Origin: Eledone cirrhosa | Lineage: Eukaryota | Reading direction: 5' to 3' | NCBI GenBank assembly: GCA_964016885.1 | Contig: OZ024764.1 | Location: 21,204,001-21,268,000, forward strand | Length of the DNA stretch: 64,000 nucleotides | Part shown: positions 1 to 12,153 of the stretch, piece by piece | Position numbering within the stretch: the stretch's first letter is position 1 | Layout of the letters: each line of letters starts with the position of its first letter | Notes under the pieces: generated by a model | Databases searched by the model: none | The model's input: only the letters and a program-made list of their open reading frames with translations | What the model was told of the DNA's origin: nothing | Made by a program: the position numbers and the translations under genes

Positions 1-303
1 CTCCGGCACCCCATGTGATGTGAGACTGATTGACTTAATATTTTCATTTGTTGTGATTCTATGTGAAATATATCTCTATGTAAGTAACTTGGTTACGTGA
101 ATCATTGTGAATCTCGTAAATACTTAAACAGAAATCTACTTAGGACACAAAATAAAGCAGATTCCATTGAACAAAGTATCTAAAGAACGTATATCAAAAA
201 GAAGAGGGGATGTAACGAGAGTTATCTCCCCTTACATATGTAATACAGTAGTGTATGTTTGTGTGTTTCTCTCTCTCTCTCTCTTTATATATATATATTT
301 TAT

Positions 304-516
304 GATCGACTTTTCGTCAAAGCGGACCGAGGAAACAATGTTTCCATTGGTCTTTCCAATTGCTAATACTATCTATCGGTCGCAACTCCAGGTAGAAAGA
401 GCAACGTGAAATAAAATGTCCTGCTCAAGGACATAACGCATCGCCCGGTCTGGGTATCGAACTCACAACCTCACAATTCCGAATCCAATTCCCTAACCAC
501 TCAGCCACACGCCTTC
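304..516 (-). mobile_element. tRNA-derived CORE-type SINE
   Basis: Minus strand reads GAAGGCGTGTGGCTGAGTGGTTAGG (A box) ... GAGTTCGATACCC (B box), then the CORE-like GTCCTTGAGCAGGACATTTTATTTCAC. Copies at 23503-23715, 29710-29797 (truncated), 44635-44847 and 63826-64000. Confidence 0.8.
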
Positions 517-760
517 ATATATATATATGAAAAAGATCTCGTTTTTTTACAAAAACAATATGAAATAATAGAAGGTGGAGAAGTTAAAACAGCTCAACAT
601 ACAGTAATTTATTATAATAAACACTACAAAAGACTGTCTCATACTTCTTTGAAAGATGTTTTCAAACAAACACGTGTACAAAATCCTATTGTGTTAAAAG
701 TAATAATTACGTATGAAACAAATTATTCACTAAAGTAATTAGCAAATACGTTTTATATAT

Positions 761-1227
761 GGTGTCTAACAAGGGGACCACTCGCCTCACTCCTATTGGT
801 GTTGACAGTTGACAACATGGTCTAGTCACCCCTGTCTGGTACCTAGATGACACAACCCTGGGTGGCCCGGCTGTGACAGGTTAAGGCCTCTCTATACCCC
901 AGTATATTACAGTCCAACATAACTGGGATGACATCAATTGTAGGTCTCTTCACACCGGTCACCATCGAGACCTCAGAAGTACTTGGACCCCATACTGCCA
1001 AGCTCCTCTCTAAAATCAGAACGTTGGTGGCTCTTCTGAAGAGGGAGTCCCATGAGGTTGGGGTGGCTGTTGCAGTTGGTGTCACTGTCCATCGCCCGGG
1101 GCGAATACTTTTGCAGTCTTATCCACAGGGTACAGCACTTCTGCCCCTTGACCTAGACCCAAAGCTCAATTATTTGCTTGTTGCTGTGAGGACTTTCGTA
1201 TTTAGTTCTTTTATGACCCCTCTTTGA
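761..1227 (+). mobile_element. Internally deleted CRE/RLE-clade non-LTR retrotransposon relic
   Basis: Fragments translate to GV*QGD (~761), VWYLDDTTLGGP (~834) and FTPVTIETSEVLGP...RESHEVG, matching the RT and RLE C-terminal motifs of the element at 16550-20330. Copies near 23965-24180 and 29940-30395. Confidence 0.65.
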
Positions 1228-1323
1228 AATGTAGTCTTTGTCTCATGTGGTGACCTCCTGGTAGTTAATGTAGCAGAACACACTTAAGGACATGCTGCCC
1301 TCCCTAGTGTTGGTAACCTACAT

Positions 1324-3655
1324 CAGACATGTAAACATGCGACCCTTTGCAAGCAAACCTGCGGCCCACACAAAGGTTTTTACAGTGCGAGCATGTTTCA
1401 TTTTCGTAATATAAAATTTAAAACATTTTCGATACAATTATTTTTTTTGTGCAATTTTTGTCAACTACTTTTAACTTCCATTAATCACGTGCAGTTCCTT
1501 AACAGAAAACTTTCTTTCAAAATTTCAAATGATTTTGTTTTTGAAATGGTTAGTTCTCCTCCAGCTAAGAGAAAAAGGAAATTGAACGAAGAAGGGCAAG
1601 TGTTTCAAGAAAAGTGGGAATTACAGTATTTTTGCCCAACGGTGAACAGAAAGATACACTGTTTAATTTGCAACAACTACATCGCCACGCCAAAAGAGTA
1701 CAATTTAAAAAGACATTATGAAACAAACCCTCGATCTTACAATAAATATGAAGGCCCAATGTGTGTTTCAGACCTTTTTTTATGTTAACTCAGGAAGAGA
1801 ATGTCACTTCCGTTACTGCAAGCTATGAACTCAGTCGAATGATTGCCATGAGTGGGAAATCTTACAGTGAAGGAGATTTTGTAAAGTAATGTCTTGTAAA
1901 AACAGCTGAAATTGTCCAGAGAAAGCAGAGTTATTCAAAGACATTTCATTAACCAGGAACACTGTTGCTCAACAGATTAATGAAATGTCAGGTGATCTGA
2001 AACAAGTTAAAGGCTGTATCATCAAGGTTTGAACATGTTTCTATTGCTATTGAAGAGACAGTTGACATCACTGGAACAGTACAGCTTGCATTCTTCATCA
2101 GGGCCTGTGACTGTGAATTTAATATTTATGAAGAACTGATTGAACTGGTTCCCATGCATGACACTATAACAATCCAGGACATCTTTGAGAAGGTCAAGCA
2201 GTGTCTGCATGGTTTTGATCTGAGTAAACTTGCATGTTTATCTACTGACAGTGCTGCAAATATGGTTGGTAGACATAATGGTGTTGCTGCCAAGTTACAA
2301 ACAAAAATAGAAAACTCATATCTAGATTCATCATTTTCACATTTTCACTATTATTCATCAGCAAAATTTATGTTCAAAGATTTTAAAATTGCATCATGTG
2401 CTTAGCTTGGTCACAAAGACAGTGAACTAAATCAGAGGCCGTGCTCTCAACCACCGTCAGTTCAGCCAGTTGTTGTAAGATATGGATAATCAGTTCACCG
2501 ATGTTCCATTCTACACAGAAGTCTGCTGGTTGACATGTCACAAAGTGCTGAAAAGATGCTATTTGTTGAGAAAAGAAATAATTATGTTTTTGGAGATAAA
2601 AGGTTAAAACACAGATGAAATAAAAGATGAAAGTTGGCTCCAACATCTGGCTTTTGTTGTGGATATTACTGCACAATTAACTGATCTTAATTTGAAATTA
2701 CAAGGTTAAAACAAACCCATCAATCAGTTGAATGATGACATCAAGTGCTTCATTAGAAAACTAAGCTTATGGAAATCTCCGTCGTCAGATGAAAATTTAG
2801 TTCATTTCCCTATGTGCAAAGAGCTGAAAAACACTGCCAATACTGAGTCTGTATTTAGCTTAGTTAAGTATGACAGTCACCTGGAATTGTTGTTAAAGAA
2901 ATTTCAAGAAAGATTTTGTGATTTCTCATTTTTTGAACATCAGTTTACATTATTCTCAGTACCATTCACCTTTGATGAAGGCAGAAGAATGCCTGCAGAT
3001 GGAACTATTGGAAATGCAGTCAGATTCTACACTCAGAACAAAGTATCTTGTAGTGGGGATACCTGGTTTATTTTCATACCTTGCTGAAAAGTTTATTAAC
3101 ATCAGAAAGTTTGTCACAAAGATTATGGCAACGTTTGGTTTTACCTATGTGAGTGGACAGTTATTTTCCTTCATGAAATTAACAAAAACTTCTGAGAACA
3201 AGGCTGACTGATCAACACTTGTCATCTGATCAAAGTTGGAACTGTACAAACATTTCAGCCAGACATGCCAAACATTGTCAACAGAAAGAAGTGTCAAGCC
3301 TCAGGACAAAAGACTAAAAATAGTTGAATAGTAGCAAATAAATGTTCAGTTTTCAACTGTTGTTATTTGTGTACAATGTATTTGTTGCTGTTACAATCTT
3401 TAAGTATATGTTGACATGTGAAATTTTAGTTTTTTGTCAAACTACTTCATTACTTTGTATTCATGAATGCTGCTAAAACATTTGTATGTACATTGTATGT
3501 TTCTAAATTTAAGTAACAAATCTTTCTGCTTTCTGCAATATATTTTATTAAATGACCTTAATTAGTTGTCGTGTACATAATTAGTTGTAGTGTGCAACCC
3601 TCAGACAACACGTGACCTATGTGGACCTTGGGCAACCCTCAGTTTGTTATGCCTC
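1324..3655 (+). mobile_element. Buster/SPIN-type hAT DNA transposon, degenerate transposase (GTF2IRD2/EPM2AIP1-like)
   Basis: 8-bp TSD ACCTACAT (1316-1323 and 3656-3663) with central TA. Degenerate TIRs CAGACATGT(C)AAAC / GTTTGTTATGCCTC. ORF fragments include zf-BED-like CLIC..NLKRHY, SIAIEETVD, STDSAANMVG, HC(Y)IIH and C-terminal FGxTYVSGQLFS..K..RTRLTD. Multiple stops and frameshifts. Confidence 0.92.
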
Positions 3656-3939
3656 ACCTACATGATAAACACACCCAACACAGGCTGTAATGTGGTTGGT
3701 CATATGAAGGACATCTAGCCATAGAAAGCTTGCCCGACGATAGTGTCGGAGAACCCTTCAATCATGACAACCTTTTCTGCGCACTCAGTAGCAAATGAGA
3801 CCTTATGTAAATAAGTCTCAGATCCTTGGTCTGTCTGGGAGATCAGTAGCCTCACTTCAGTACTTACTTGGTTGAAGTAGACTCATTAAACCCTTGCTAG
3901 CAGGGAAATCTGATGTTGATGATGTAACCTCAACCTCTT

Positions 3940-4445
3940 CTTATTAATCCAGTCATTCCAGAAAGGGTCTTGGGGGCAGAGTCCTCAAACACTCCCTTCA
4001 ACAGGTCCTGTCAGAAGCAACCCACTCCAACTGATCTGGCTGGATCTCCCAGAGAGACCAGCCAAGCTCATGGATGTTATGTGACCATCTTGCTCAGGTC
4101 TACCCCTGGGTCTCCTGCCAGTTAGTTTTGCCTGTAAAATCTATCCAGTGATTCTTTCCTCAGACATTCTAACCACATGGCCATAGTATTGCAGCTGTGA
4201 TCTCTCAATTCGGAGAAGTAACAGCTCCACCTGGAGTGACTCTCTGATCTCAGAGCTATGCACTTTGAGAAAAGTTCCTTCAAAGACCCTTCAGAGGAAT
4301 CCCATATCTGCCATTTGTATTCCCAATCATATTCTTTTGGTCATTACCCAAGATATGTGACCATAGGTAAGGGTTGGCACAAAAACCTAATTGAAGACAG
4401 CAAGTTTGGCTTTTATGCCTACCTCCCTTCTTCTGATTACTGATA
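3940..4445 (-). mobile_element. RTE-clade (Expander/Rex3-like) LINE 3' fragment
   Basis: Minus-strand translation gives SSEIRESLQVELLLLRIERSQLQYYGHVVRMSEERIT..GRRPRGRP, typical of the Expander/Rex3 RT C-terminus. Copies in B, C and D. Confidence 0.7.
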
Positions 4446-5101
4446 TTTCACTGCCCACACTGCAAAGTGGTTGGGTAGGAGATATGACAAAAAGCACCCA
4501 ACCCACACTGTAGAGAACACATAGTCAACATTATAAGCTGGTCATGTAGGTGATATGACAAAAAGCACCCAACCCACACTGCAAATAACACACAGCCAAC
4601 ACTATAAGCTGGTCATGTAGGTGATATGACAAAAAGAAACCAGCCCACACTGTAAAGCGGGTACGTAGGTGTCACGACAAAAAGCACCCAGCCCACACTG
4701 TAAAGTGGTCATGTAGGTAACAACAAAAAGTACCCAGCCAAAACTTTAAAATGGTCATGTTGGTGTCACAACAAAAAGTACCCAGTCCACACTATAAAGT
4801 GGTCATGTAGGTGTCACGACAAAAAGCACCCAGTCCAAACTGTAAAGTGGTCATGTAGGTGTCACAACAAAAAGCACCCAACGCACACTGTAAAGTGGTC
4901 ATGTAGGTGTCACGACAAAAAGCACCCAGTACTTAATGTAAATAAGCTTGGTTGTAGGAAGGTCATCCAGCTGTAGAAACCAAACCAAAATTTGTTCTGT
5001 AGGAGCAACACGTGGTCACCTGACCTGGCATTGCTTACAACAGGATAACTCGTCTAACCCATGCCAGGGTGGAAAAACTGATGTAAAACAGTGATGATGA
5101 T
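4445..5101 (+). mobile_element. RTE-tailed non-autonomous retroposon with expanded 48/70-bp internal minisatellite
   Basis: Tandem AAAAAGCACCCAGCCCACACTGTAAAGTGGTCATGTAGGTGTCACGAC units, then TAGGAAGG(G/T)CATCCAGCTGTAGAAACC...AACCCATGCCAG...(GAT)n, shared with the 3' end of the LINE at 5979. Copies at ~26860-27677, 33323-33901, 48185-48833 and 61316-61805 have different unit counts. Confidence 0.75.
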
Positions 5102-5617
5102 ATAACATTTGTTTAATAATGAATTCCAATCTCATTGTTAACAGCTATAGATGTCAGGATGTGAACCTTCATACTGAAATATCTTCTCCATGTTAGTGGC
5201 TGAAGAAGATTTAGAAAACTTTCACACAATAACAGTATTCCCTAAATTCTCCTCTAAAAAATACAAGACAAGCAGGGCCAGACTTTTACCTACTGAAGCC
5301 CTAAGCTATATGAAATTAGAGGTTCTTCTCTAAAAATATGTAATTATCTTTTATATTAATGTTAATGATAAAGAATAAATAATATAATAAATATACCACC
5401 ATAGGTGCTGAGGTGGCTAGCTGCTGGTGTGAACCTCACAAGATGGAATGGCTCTTCCAGCACATCTAGAACAACATGACCCTCTAATATCTAGTATTTA
5501 GTAACAAACTAGACCACCCGGGACCTGTTGGGTCACGTTCCTTTATCACTATTTTTTAAAAGTCATTTAAAATAATTTTTAAATAGTTAAAATATACACA
5601 TACGTATATATATATAT

Positions 5618-5915
5618 CATCATCGTCATCACCGTTTTACGTCCGTTCTTCCACGCTAGCATGGGTTAGACGAGTTGTCCTGTTGTGGGCAGCGTCTGGT
5701 CGGCTGACCATGCCTTGCTCATACAGGAACTGATTTGGTTTGATTTCTACAGCTGGATGCCCTTCCTAACACCAACCTCATTTACAGTGAGTGCTGGGTG
5801 CTTTTTCGTGGCACCTACACGTCCATTTTACAGTGTGGGCTCGGTGCTTTTTTGCCGTGGCACCTCCACGACCACCTTGCAGTGGGAGGTGTGGGGGCAT
5901 ATTGTCTATATGCTT
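5618..5915 (-). mobile_element. RTE-tailed SINE-like retroposon
   Basis: (CAT)n tail on plus strand and body homologous to 51194-51600. Present in copies A and D (49268-49568), absent in B, C and E. Confidence 0.75.
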
Positions 5916-5978
5916 CATACGTATATATATATACAGATACGTATATATGCACATACGTATATATATATATATATATAT

Positions 5979-8900
5979 ATCATCATCATCATCGTTTAAT
6001 GTCCATGTTCCACGTTTGCATGGGTTTGGACGGGAGTTTTCCCACTTGAGGCAAGAGTGGTTGTCTTGCTCGCATAGGACTGTCTGGCGGGTTTCCTATG
6101 GCTGGATGCCCTTCCTAACACCAACCACATTTACAGTGTGGGACTGGGAGGTTTTTAATGTGTTGCCTACACGGCCACATTACAGCGTGGACTGTGTGTT
6201 TTTTGTCGTGACACCTACACGATCTCATTTGTTTCGGCCTGGATGTTGTGGCACCAACATAACTTTACATTGAAAGGGGTGGTGTGGATGGGGCGGGGGT
6301 GTATTTTGTTAGAGATGCCTACTGACTGTAGTAGGTTTTACTTTGTATTTAGGTAGGGCGAGTCTTCTCTGTTACTGAGTACCGCCAAAGGTCTCGGTCC
6401 AGTGACATTGGCTTGGAGAGGTGTAAGTGTGTGAGGTCGGAATTTATCAGCTCGTCCCAGGATTTTCTGGGTCTGCCTACTCCGTGGCTACCATCTATCT
6501 TTATTGCCCTGCACTTTGTTATACAGCTGTCGTCTTTCATGTGCATCACGTGACCATACCAACGTAGTCTTCTCTCGAGTAAACAACATCTGATCCCTCT
6601 TATTTCTAATTTTTTCCTTAGTTCATTTATGCTTTGCTGTTCACGTATATTACTATTACACATCCAGCGGAGCATGCAAGCTTCGTTCCTCTCAAGTCTG
6701 CGTATATCCTCTGCACACAATGCCCAGGTCTCACTGCCATGCAACATTGCTGTTCGTATGCAGGCATCATACAACCTGCCTTTCATTTTTAGGGAGAACC
6801 CTTTAGCGGCTAATAGTGGTATAAGCTCTCTGAACTTTTTCCATCCAGTTCTGACTCTAGCTACTGTACTTTCAAAGCACCCTCCCCCACTGCTGATCTT
6901 GTCACCCAGGTAACGGAAGCTGTCCACTATTTCTATAGAACCCTCTGCGCAATTGAAAGAGCTAGTATTTTGTGGGCACTTGCTGCTACTTATTGCACCA
7001 GAGCACCGGCCATATGTAAAATCTGTGTTCTTAGTTAGCTTACCTGTGATCCCACAACATCTTTTATGCACCCATACTTTGCATTTGGGACATAAAATGG
7101 AGTTTCTACCTACGCCTTTCCTACACACTGAGCATGGCCACTTCCCGGAAGGGACCGGCGCCTTATTTTCTTTCCTACAAACTAGAACTTTAGTCTTAGC
7201 CAGGTTAATTTTAAGCCCTTTTGATTCTAGGCCGTGCTTCCATGTTTGGAATTTCTTCTCTAGCTCGGCCATTGATTCAGCTATGAGCGTTAGATCATCT
7301 GCGTATAGGAGTTCCCATGGGCAGCCGGTCTTGAACTCCTCTGTTATAGCCTGAAGGCAATAATAAATAGTAGGGGGCTAAGAACAGAGCCCTGATGGAC
7401 ACCAACTTTTACGCTAAACTCTTCACTATATTCGTTGTTAATTCTAACCTTGCTGACTGTTTCTTTATACATGGCTTGTATAGCTCTCACAAGCCATTCG
7501 TCAACACCTAGTTTTCTAAGAGCCCACCAGATAATGGAACAGGGGACTCTGTCGAAGGCTTTCTCCAAGTCGACAAAAGCTAAGTATAGGGGTTTACTTT
7601 TAGCTAGGTACTTCTCCTGTAGTTGTCGTACAATGAAAAGAGCGTCTGTGGTACTTTTGCCTGACACAAACCCAAACTGCATTTCATCTAGATCAATTCT
7701 CTCTGATTAGTTGCGCTATTACTTTTTCCGTGACCTTCATGACCTGGTCGATTAATTTAATACCTCTATAGTTACTCCTATCTAGGGCGTCTCCTTTACC
7801 CTTGTAACAGTTAACGATGATGCTGCTACGCCAGTCCTTCGGAACAACCCCATTCTGTATAACTTGGTTTATTATCTGGGTGACCATGGTGTGTCCCACC
7901 GTACTAGAGGCTTTCAGCATCTCAGCAACTATTTCCGAAGGCCCAGCCGCCTTACCCGTCTTCATATCTTTGATTGCCTTACTTATTATACTACCTTCGA
8001 CTAACACTGCTGGTCCCTCTATTGGGTCGATGTGGGGGAGACTGTCCTTCTCCCATTTATTCTCCTCATTTAGTAGCCTTTCGTAGTGACACTTCCAAGC
8101 TACCTTCTTATCAGCGTCAGTGATGGCAAGTACGCCATCATCGTTAAGTACACACTTCTCCCCGACCAATATCACGGTTTTCCTTGACACACTGCCTAGC
8201 AATCCTGAACACCTCACGTTTTTGGTCCTCGCGTTGTAGAACATGCTTGAACTTTCTTTCCTCTGCTTCCCTTCTTGCGAAGTACACTTGTCTCCTAGCT
8301 TCCCTCCTGGCCACTTGATAGTCTTCTCTACTTCCCCCATGCTTTCCAAGCCTGCTTTTTGGCCTTGATTGACCCCTCCACCTTACTGTTCCACCACCAT
8401 GTTACTCTCCTCCTGCCTACAGGCCTGCTCCAGCCACAGACTTCGTCTGCCGCCATCAGCAGGTTTGCTTTCAGGAATTCCCACTGTTCCTCTACCTTGT
8501 ACGACTCTAATTGCTCTTCCTTACTGTCGAAAGCATCAAGTAATATGCTTTGAAATTTATTTCTGGCTGTGGGATCCTATAGCTTCCATATTTTTCTCCT
8601 GAGGATAGTCCTCTTCCGCTGTCTAGTAGTCTCGTCCTGACTATGAGGTCGCTAATTATCAGTCTATGTTGGGAGGTGCATTCTTCATGGGGGAGGGATT
8701 TAATGTTTACAACAGACACTCTGTCACGTCTTCTGGTAAGGATATAATCTACCTGGCTGGTATGTTCCCCTGATCTGTAGGTGATCAAGTGATTGTCTCG
8801 ATTTTTGAAGTTAGTGTTACAGATAGTTAGGTTATTTGCATCACAGAATTCCAGGATTCTGGAGCCTTCCTCGTTTCTAGTACCAAACCCATAGCCTCCG

Positions 8901-9944
8901 TGGATTCCGTCATAGCCGTCACAATGTTGTCCAACGTGGCCATTTAGGTCGGCAGCAATAATTATATAGTCACTGTCGGTTATTTGGGAGGTAGTGAGCA
9001 TCAGTGTCTCATAGAATCTGTCTTTTATAGAGCCAGGCAGTCCGGATTGGGGCGCGTATGCAGCTATTATCGTCACAGTAGTTCTGTTTCGAACAAGTCT
9101 TATTTTAATTATTCTGTCATTCACTCTATTTACGTCTATTATCTTATCCACCCATTTTTCTGCTAACATGATTCCTACCCCACCTATCCCATTGTCATTC
9201 CCCACCCAGAAAAGCTTATAGCAACGTTTTTTACCCACAATGAATCTAGCAGACCCGCCCCTCCACCTGGTCTCTTGGATACAGCAAACATCAACCTCCT
9301 TACGTTCAGGCATTTCTACAACCTCGTTAGAGCGGCCTTTTAAGGTGCCTACGTTCATGGTACCAACTCTGAAGTTTTGGATTGTGTTTGGAGGATGGGG
9401 CGCAGGGAGGGTGAGGGGAATGAGTTTGGGGTTATGTTGGCCATCCGCGGCCGAAACAAAGAGGGGGGGGGGGGCCTTGCCCTTTCGTCCGGCAGCATGA
9501 GGTGAATTTGTCATTATCTTTGGCATTGTCATCGAGTGTCCAGATTCTTCAGACTCTCCAGAAATTCCTTAGTCCATCCATCATATCGAAAAGCAGCCAG
9601 TGGTGATAGCATAGGCCGTTGACTTGTGATTGGTCCAAATATTAAAGGTGGAGAGTGGGGGCGGGAGGGAGGGATATGGGGTAGTTAGCAAAGAGAGAGA
9701 TTATTTAGAACAAGTGTGGAGAAGATTAATTTAGGGCAAGGATAGCAACGATTGTAGATATATATGGATGAATGAACCAGGTTTTAAGGAGACAAGAAGA
9801 AAATGTTCTATAATACATTACATTTTCGTAGAATCGACTGACCATTTAATAAGGGTTGACAAATTCTGAGGTTCTGTCCTTCGTAACATTCTTATTTATA
9901 TTAGGGAGTGAGAGAGCGAGAGGGACGTATATGTTAGAGAGAGT
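5979..9944 (-). mobile_element. Near full-length RTE-clade LINE (APE endonuclease + RT + Cys/His PHD-like motif), disrupted
   Basis: ORFs 8507-9532 (GTMNVGTL, CIQETRW, ADLNGH, QVDYIL, SQH), 7693-8349, 7344-7682 (FVDLEKAFDRV, GVHQGSVLSPLLF) and 6349-7272 (CSVC..CPKC..WVHKRC; preceded by YADD). (GAT)n 3' tail. Inserted in a (TA)n tract; empty site in copy D near 49600. Confidence 0.93.
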
Positions 9945-10194
9945 GTATATATATATATACACATATATATTTTATTTAACAACACCATCAGCTCCTACTC
10001 TCTCACAACCACTATCTCTTTCTCTCCCTATATTTATGAAGGTACCCAGAAAACCCCGTATCTTGGGAACCTGTGCTCCATTTTATACAAAACTTGTTTT
10101 ATTCTTTTCAAAGTATTTCCCCATTATGCACTGTTTTAGCTGTATTAAATTACGGACAAGACACAATCACAGAGTTTTAGTAGTATATAGATAA

Positions 10195-10790
10195 TATAGC
10201 TTCAAATTAAAGTTAGTAAACGACAGTTTGGAGAAATCTGTAACATTTATTAAACATTGCTCAAGTTTGTCAATTCTATAGCACAATAGTTTGTTAGTTA
10301 AAGTGTTTAGTTAGATGTTCTACATATAAAGAAGAGAGAATACTTTACCACAAATATTACAGTGGTATAATGATTTTCCCATCTCTTCTGGAAAATATTC
10401 CTATGTTGATGTAAATATTTCTATTGTTCATAATTTTACCAAATGTGATCTTTGTCAATATCCAAATATTTTGAAAACTCCTTTGTAAATATCCAAAGTT
10501 TAATCAGAATGTAAAATCATCTTGTAAATATTCCAGACAGTGAAAAAGGAAAATGTTGTTATTTATCTCAATTCAGAAGAAAAATTTCTCCATAATTCAC
10601 CACAGACTAAACAAAGTTATATCACTTGTATGTAACATCTTTCTGTTGTCTTTAAAAGACTCTTTTCTGTCAAGGTCATGTGATATTCTGAAATAGTAGA
10701 GAAACATTATTAAGATATTTAGAAAATAGAGATACAACAGTGAAAACTTTACTACATCTCTATATTAATAGATATAAACCTTACATGGTG
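10195..10790 (-). pseudogene. Finger-less remnant of an older ZNF paralog (acceptor plus 5' part of exon)
   Basis: Acceptor TACTATTTCAG|AATATC (10687) parallels TATTATTTCAG|AATACC of the ZNF exon (14255). AAAATCATCTTGTAAATATTCCAGACAGTGAA (~10513) matches ~13657. No fingers follow. Present in copies A-E. Confidence 0.5.
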
Positions 10791-10974
10791 ACACAAACAC
10801 TGCAACACTAACTTACAGGAAACCATCTAGTTACTTGATCTAGTTACTTCAATCAGGTGAAGAGATAAACTAGATTGACTTCATTCTCATCAGAAAACAG
10901 GATAGACAGATGGTTGGGAATATTAACTCCTTTACTGGAGAAGGACATACCACTCAACATAGACTAGATACTAG

Positions 10975-11800
10975 GTGTAAGATCTAGAGGGACTGACAGA
11001 TACAAGACAATCTGGAGATAGAAGGGTTGGAGAGTAGAAGATCTCCCTGTTAAATATAAGATCTACAGGGATTGTGAGGGAGGTACAAGACGACCTAGAG
11101 AAAAGGGTTGGAGAGGAAAAGATCTCCCTTTTAAATATAAGATCTAGAGGGACTGTGAGAGAGATACGAGACATTCTAGAGAAAAGGGTAGGGACAGTAA
11201 AAGATATCCCTGTTAAATATAAGATCTAGAGGGACTGTGAGGGTGGTACAAGACAACCTAGAGAAAGAGGTAGGGACAGTAAAAGATCTCCCTGTTAAAT
11301 ATAAGATCTAGAGGGAATGTGAGAGAGGTAGAAGACAACCTAGAGAAAAGGGTAGGGACAGTAAAAGATCTCCCTGTTAAATATAAGATCTAGAGGGACT
11401 GTGAGAGAGGTACAAGACAACCTAGAGAAAGAGGTAGGGACAGTAAAAGATCTCCCTGTTATATATAAGATCTAGAGGGACTGTGAGAGAGGCTCAAGAC
11501 AACCTAGAGAAAAGGGTAGGGCTAGTAAAAGATCTCCCTGTTAAATATAAGATGTAGAGGGACTGTGAGAGAGGTACAAGACAACCTAGAGAAAAGGGTA
11601 GTGATAGTAAAAGATCTCCCTGTTAAATATAAGATCTAGAGGGACTGTGAGAGAGGTAGAAGACAACCTAGAGAAAGAGGTAGGGACAGTAAAATATCTC
11701 CCTGTTAAATATAAGATCTAGAGGGACTGTGAGAGAGGTACAAGACAATCTAGCAAAAGGGGTAAGGACAGTAAAAGATCTCCCTGTTAAATATAAATTC
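10975..11800. repeat. 82-bp minisatellite, ~10 copies
   Basis: GATCTAGAGGGACTGTGAGAGAGGTACAAGACAACCTAGAGAAAAGGGTAGGGACAGTAAAAGATCTCCCTGTTAAATATAA starts at 11141, 11223, 11305 ... 11715. About 3 copies in C (35461-35700), about 4 in D (50688-51010), under 2 in B and E. Confidence 0.95.
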
Positions 11801-12153
11801 AGAGATGTTCTATATGATACATATGATAAGAAGGAGGAGATTGATAGCTATGACATAGAAGATATCTGGAAGTTTCTTTCAGACAGCATGTTTAAATTAC
11901 AGAAGTTCCCAACCTTTACTAAAAATACAAATATATATCTTACCTGTTAAAGTATAATAAATCAAAGTTTAATGTGAAAAACTTTAATTTACACAAAATC
12001 TTCAAACACTGCTTCAAAAATGGAAACCTGGTGTTTATGATCTCTGTCATAGGTAAAACCTACAAGGTTAACCTCAGTTTTAGCCAGGATGATGGATCTA
12101 CACATTTGTTGTTGTTGTTGTAGTATGATGTAATGAGTTTGATATTGATACAG

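Larger units (their letters stand above)
5509..10191 (-). mobile_element. Non-autonomous Helitron (with nested retroposon and LINE)
   Basis: Minus strand A|TCTATATACTACTAAAACTC... at 10191; subterminal hairpin GTGACC-CAACA-GGTCCC; 3' CTAG|T at 5509. Inserted between A and T with no TSD. Confidence 0.8.

Noticed and set aside
167-409. Recurrent 75-90 aa ORF (MNKV...RTEETMFPLVFPIANTIYRSQLQ) in five copies
   Set aside because: TTG start; spans a microsatellite and the antisense strand of a SINE. Recurrence is due to segmental duplication.
440-516. tRNA gene
   Set aside because: Has A/B boxes but continues into a SINE core and lacks a proper acceptor stem; it is a SINE head.
1546-3326. Domesticated GTF2IRD2/ZBED-like host gene
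   Set aside because: TIRs and TSD are present, and every copy has multiple stops and frameshifts.
6629-9500. Plus-strand ORFs opposite the LINE (and 16770-19329 opposite the CRE element)
   Set aside because: Antisense shadows of TE coding sequence with no independent motifs.
10975-11950. 82-bp array as CRISPR or coding repeat
   Set aside because: No unique spacers; period is not a multiple of 3; eukaryotic context.
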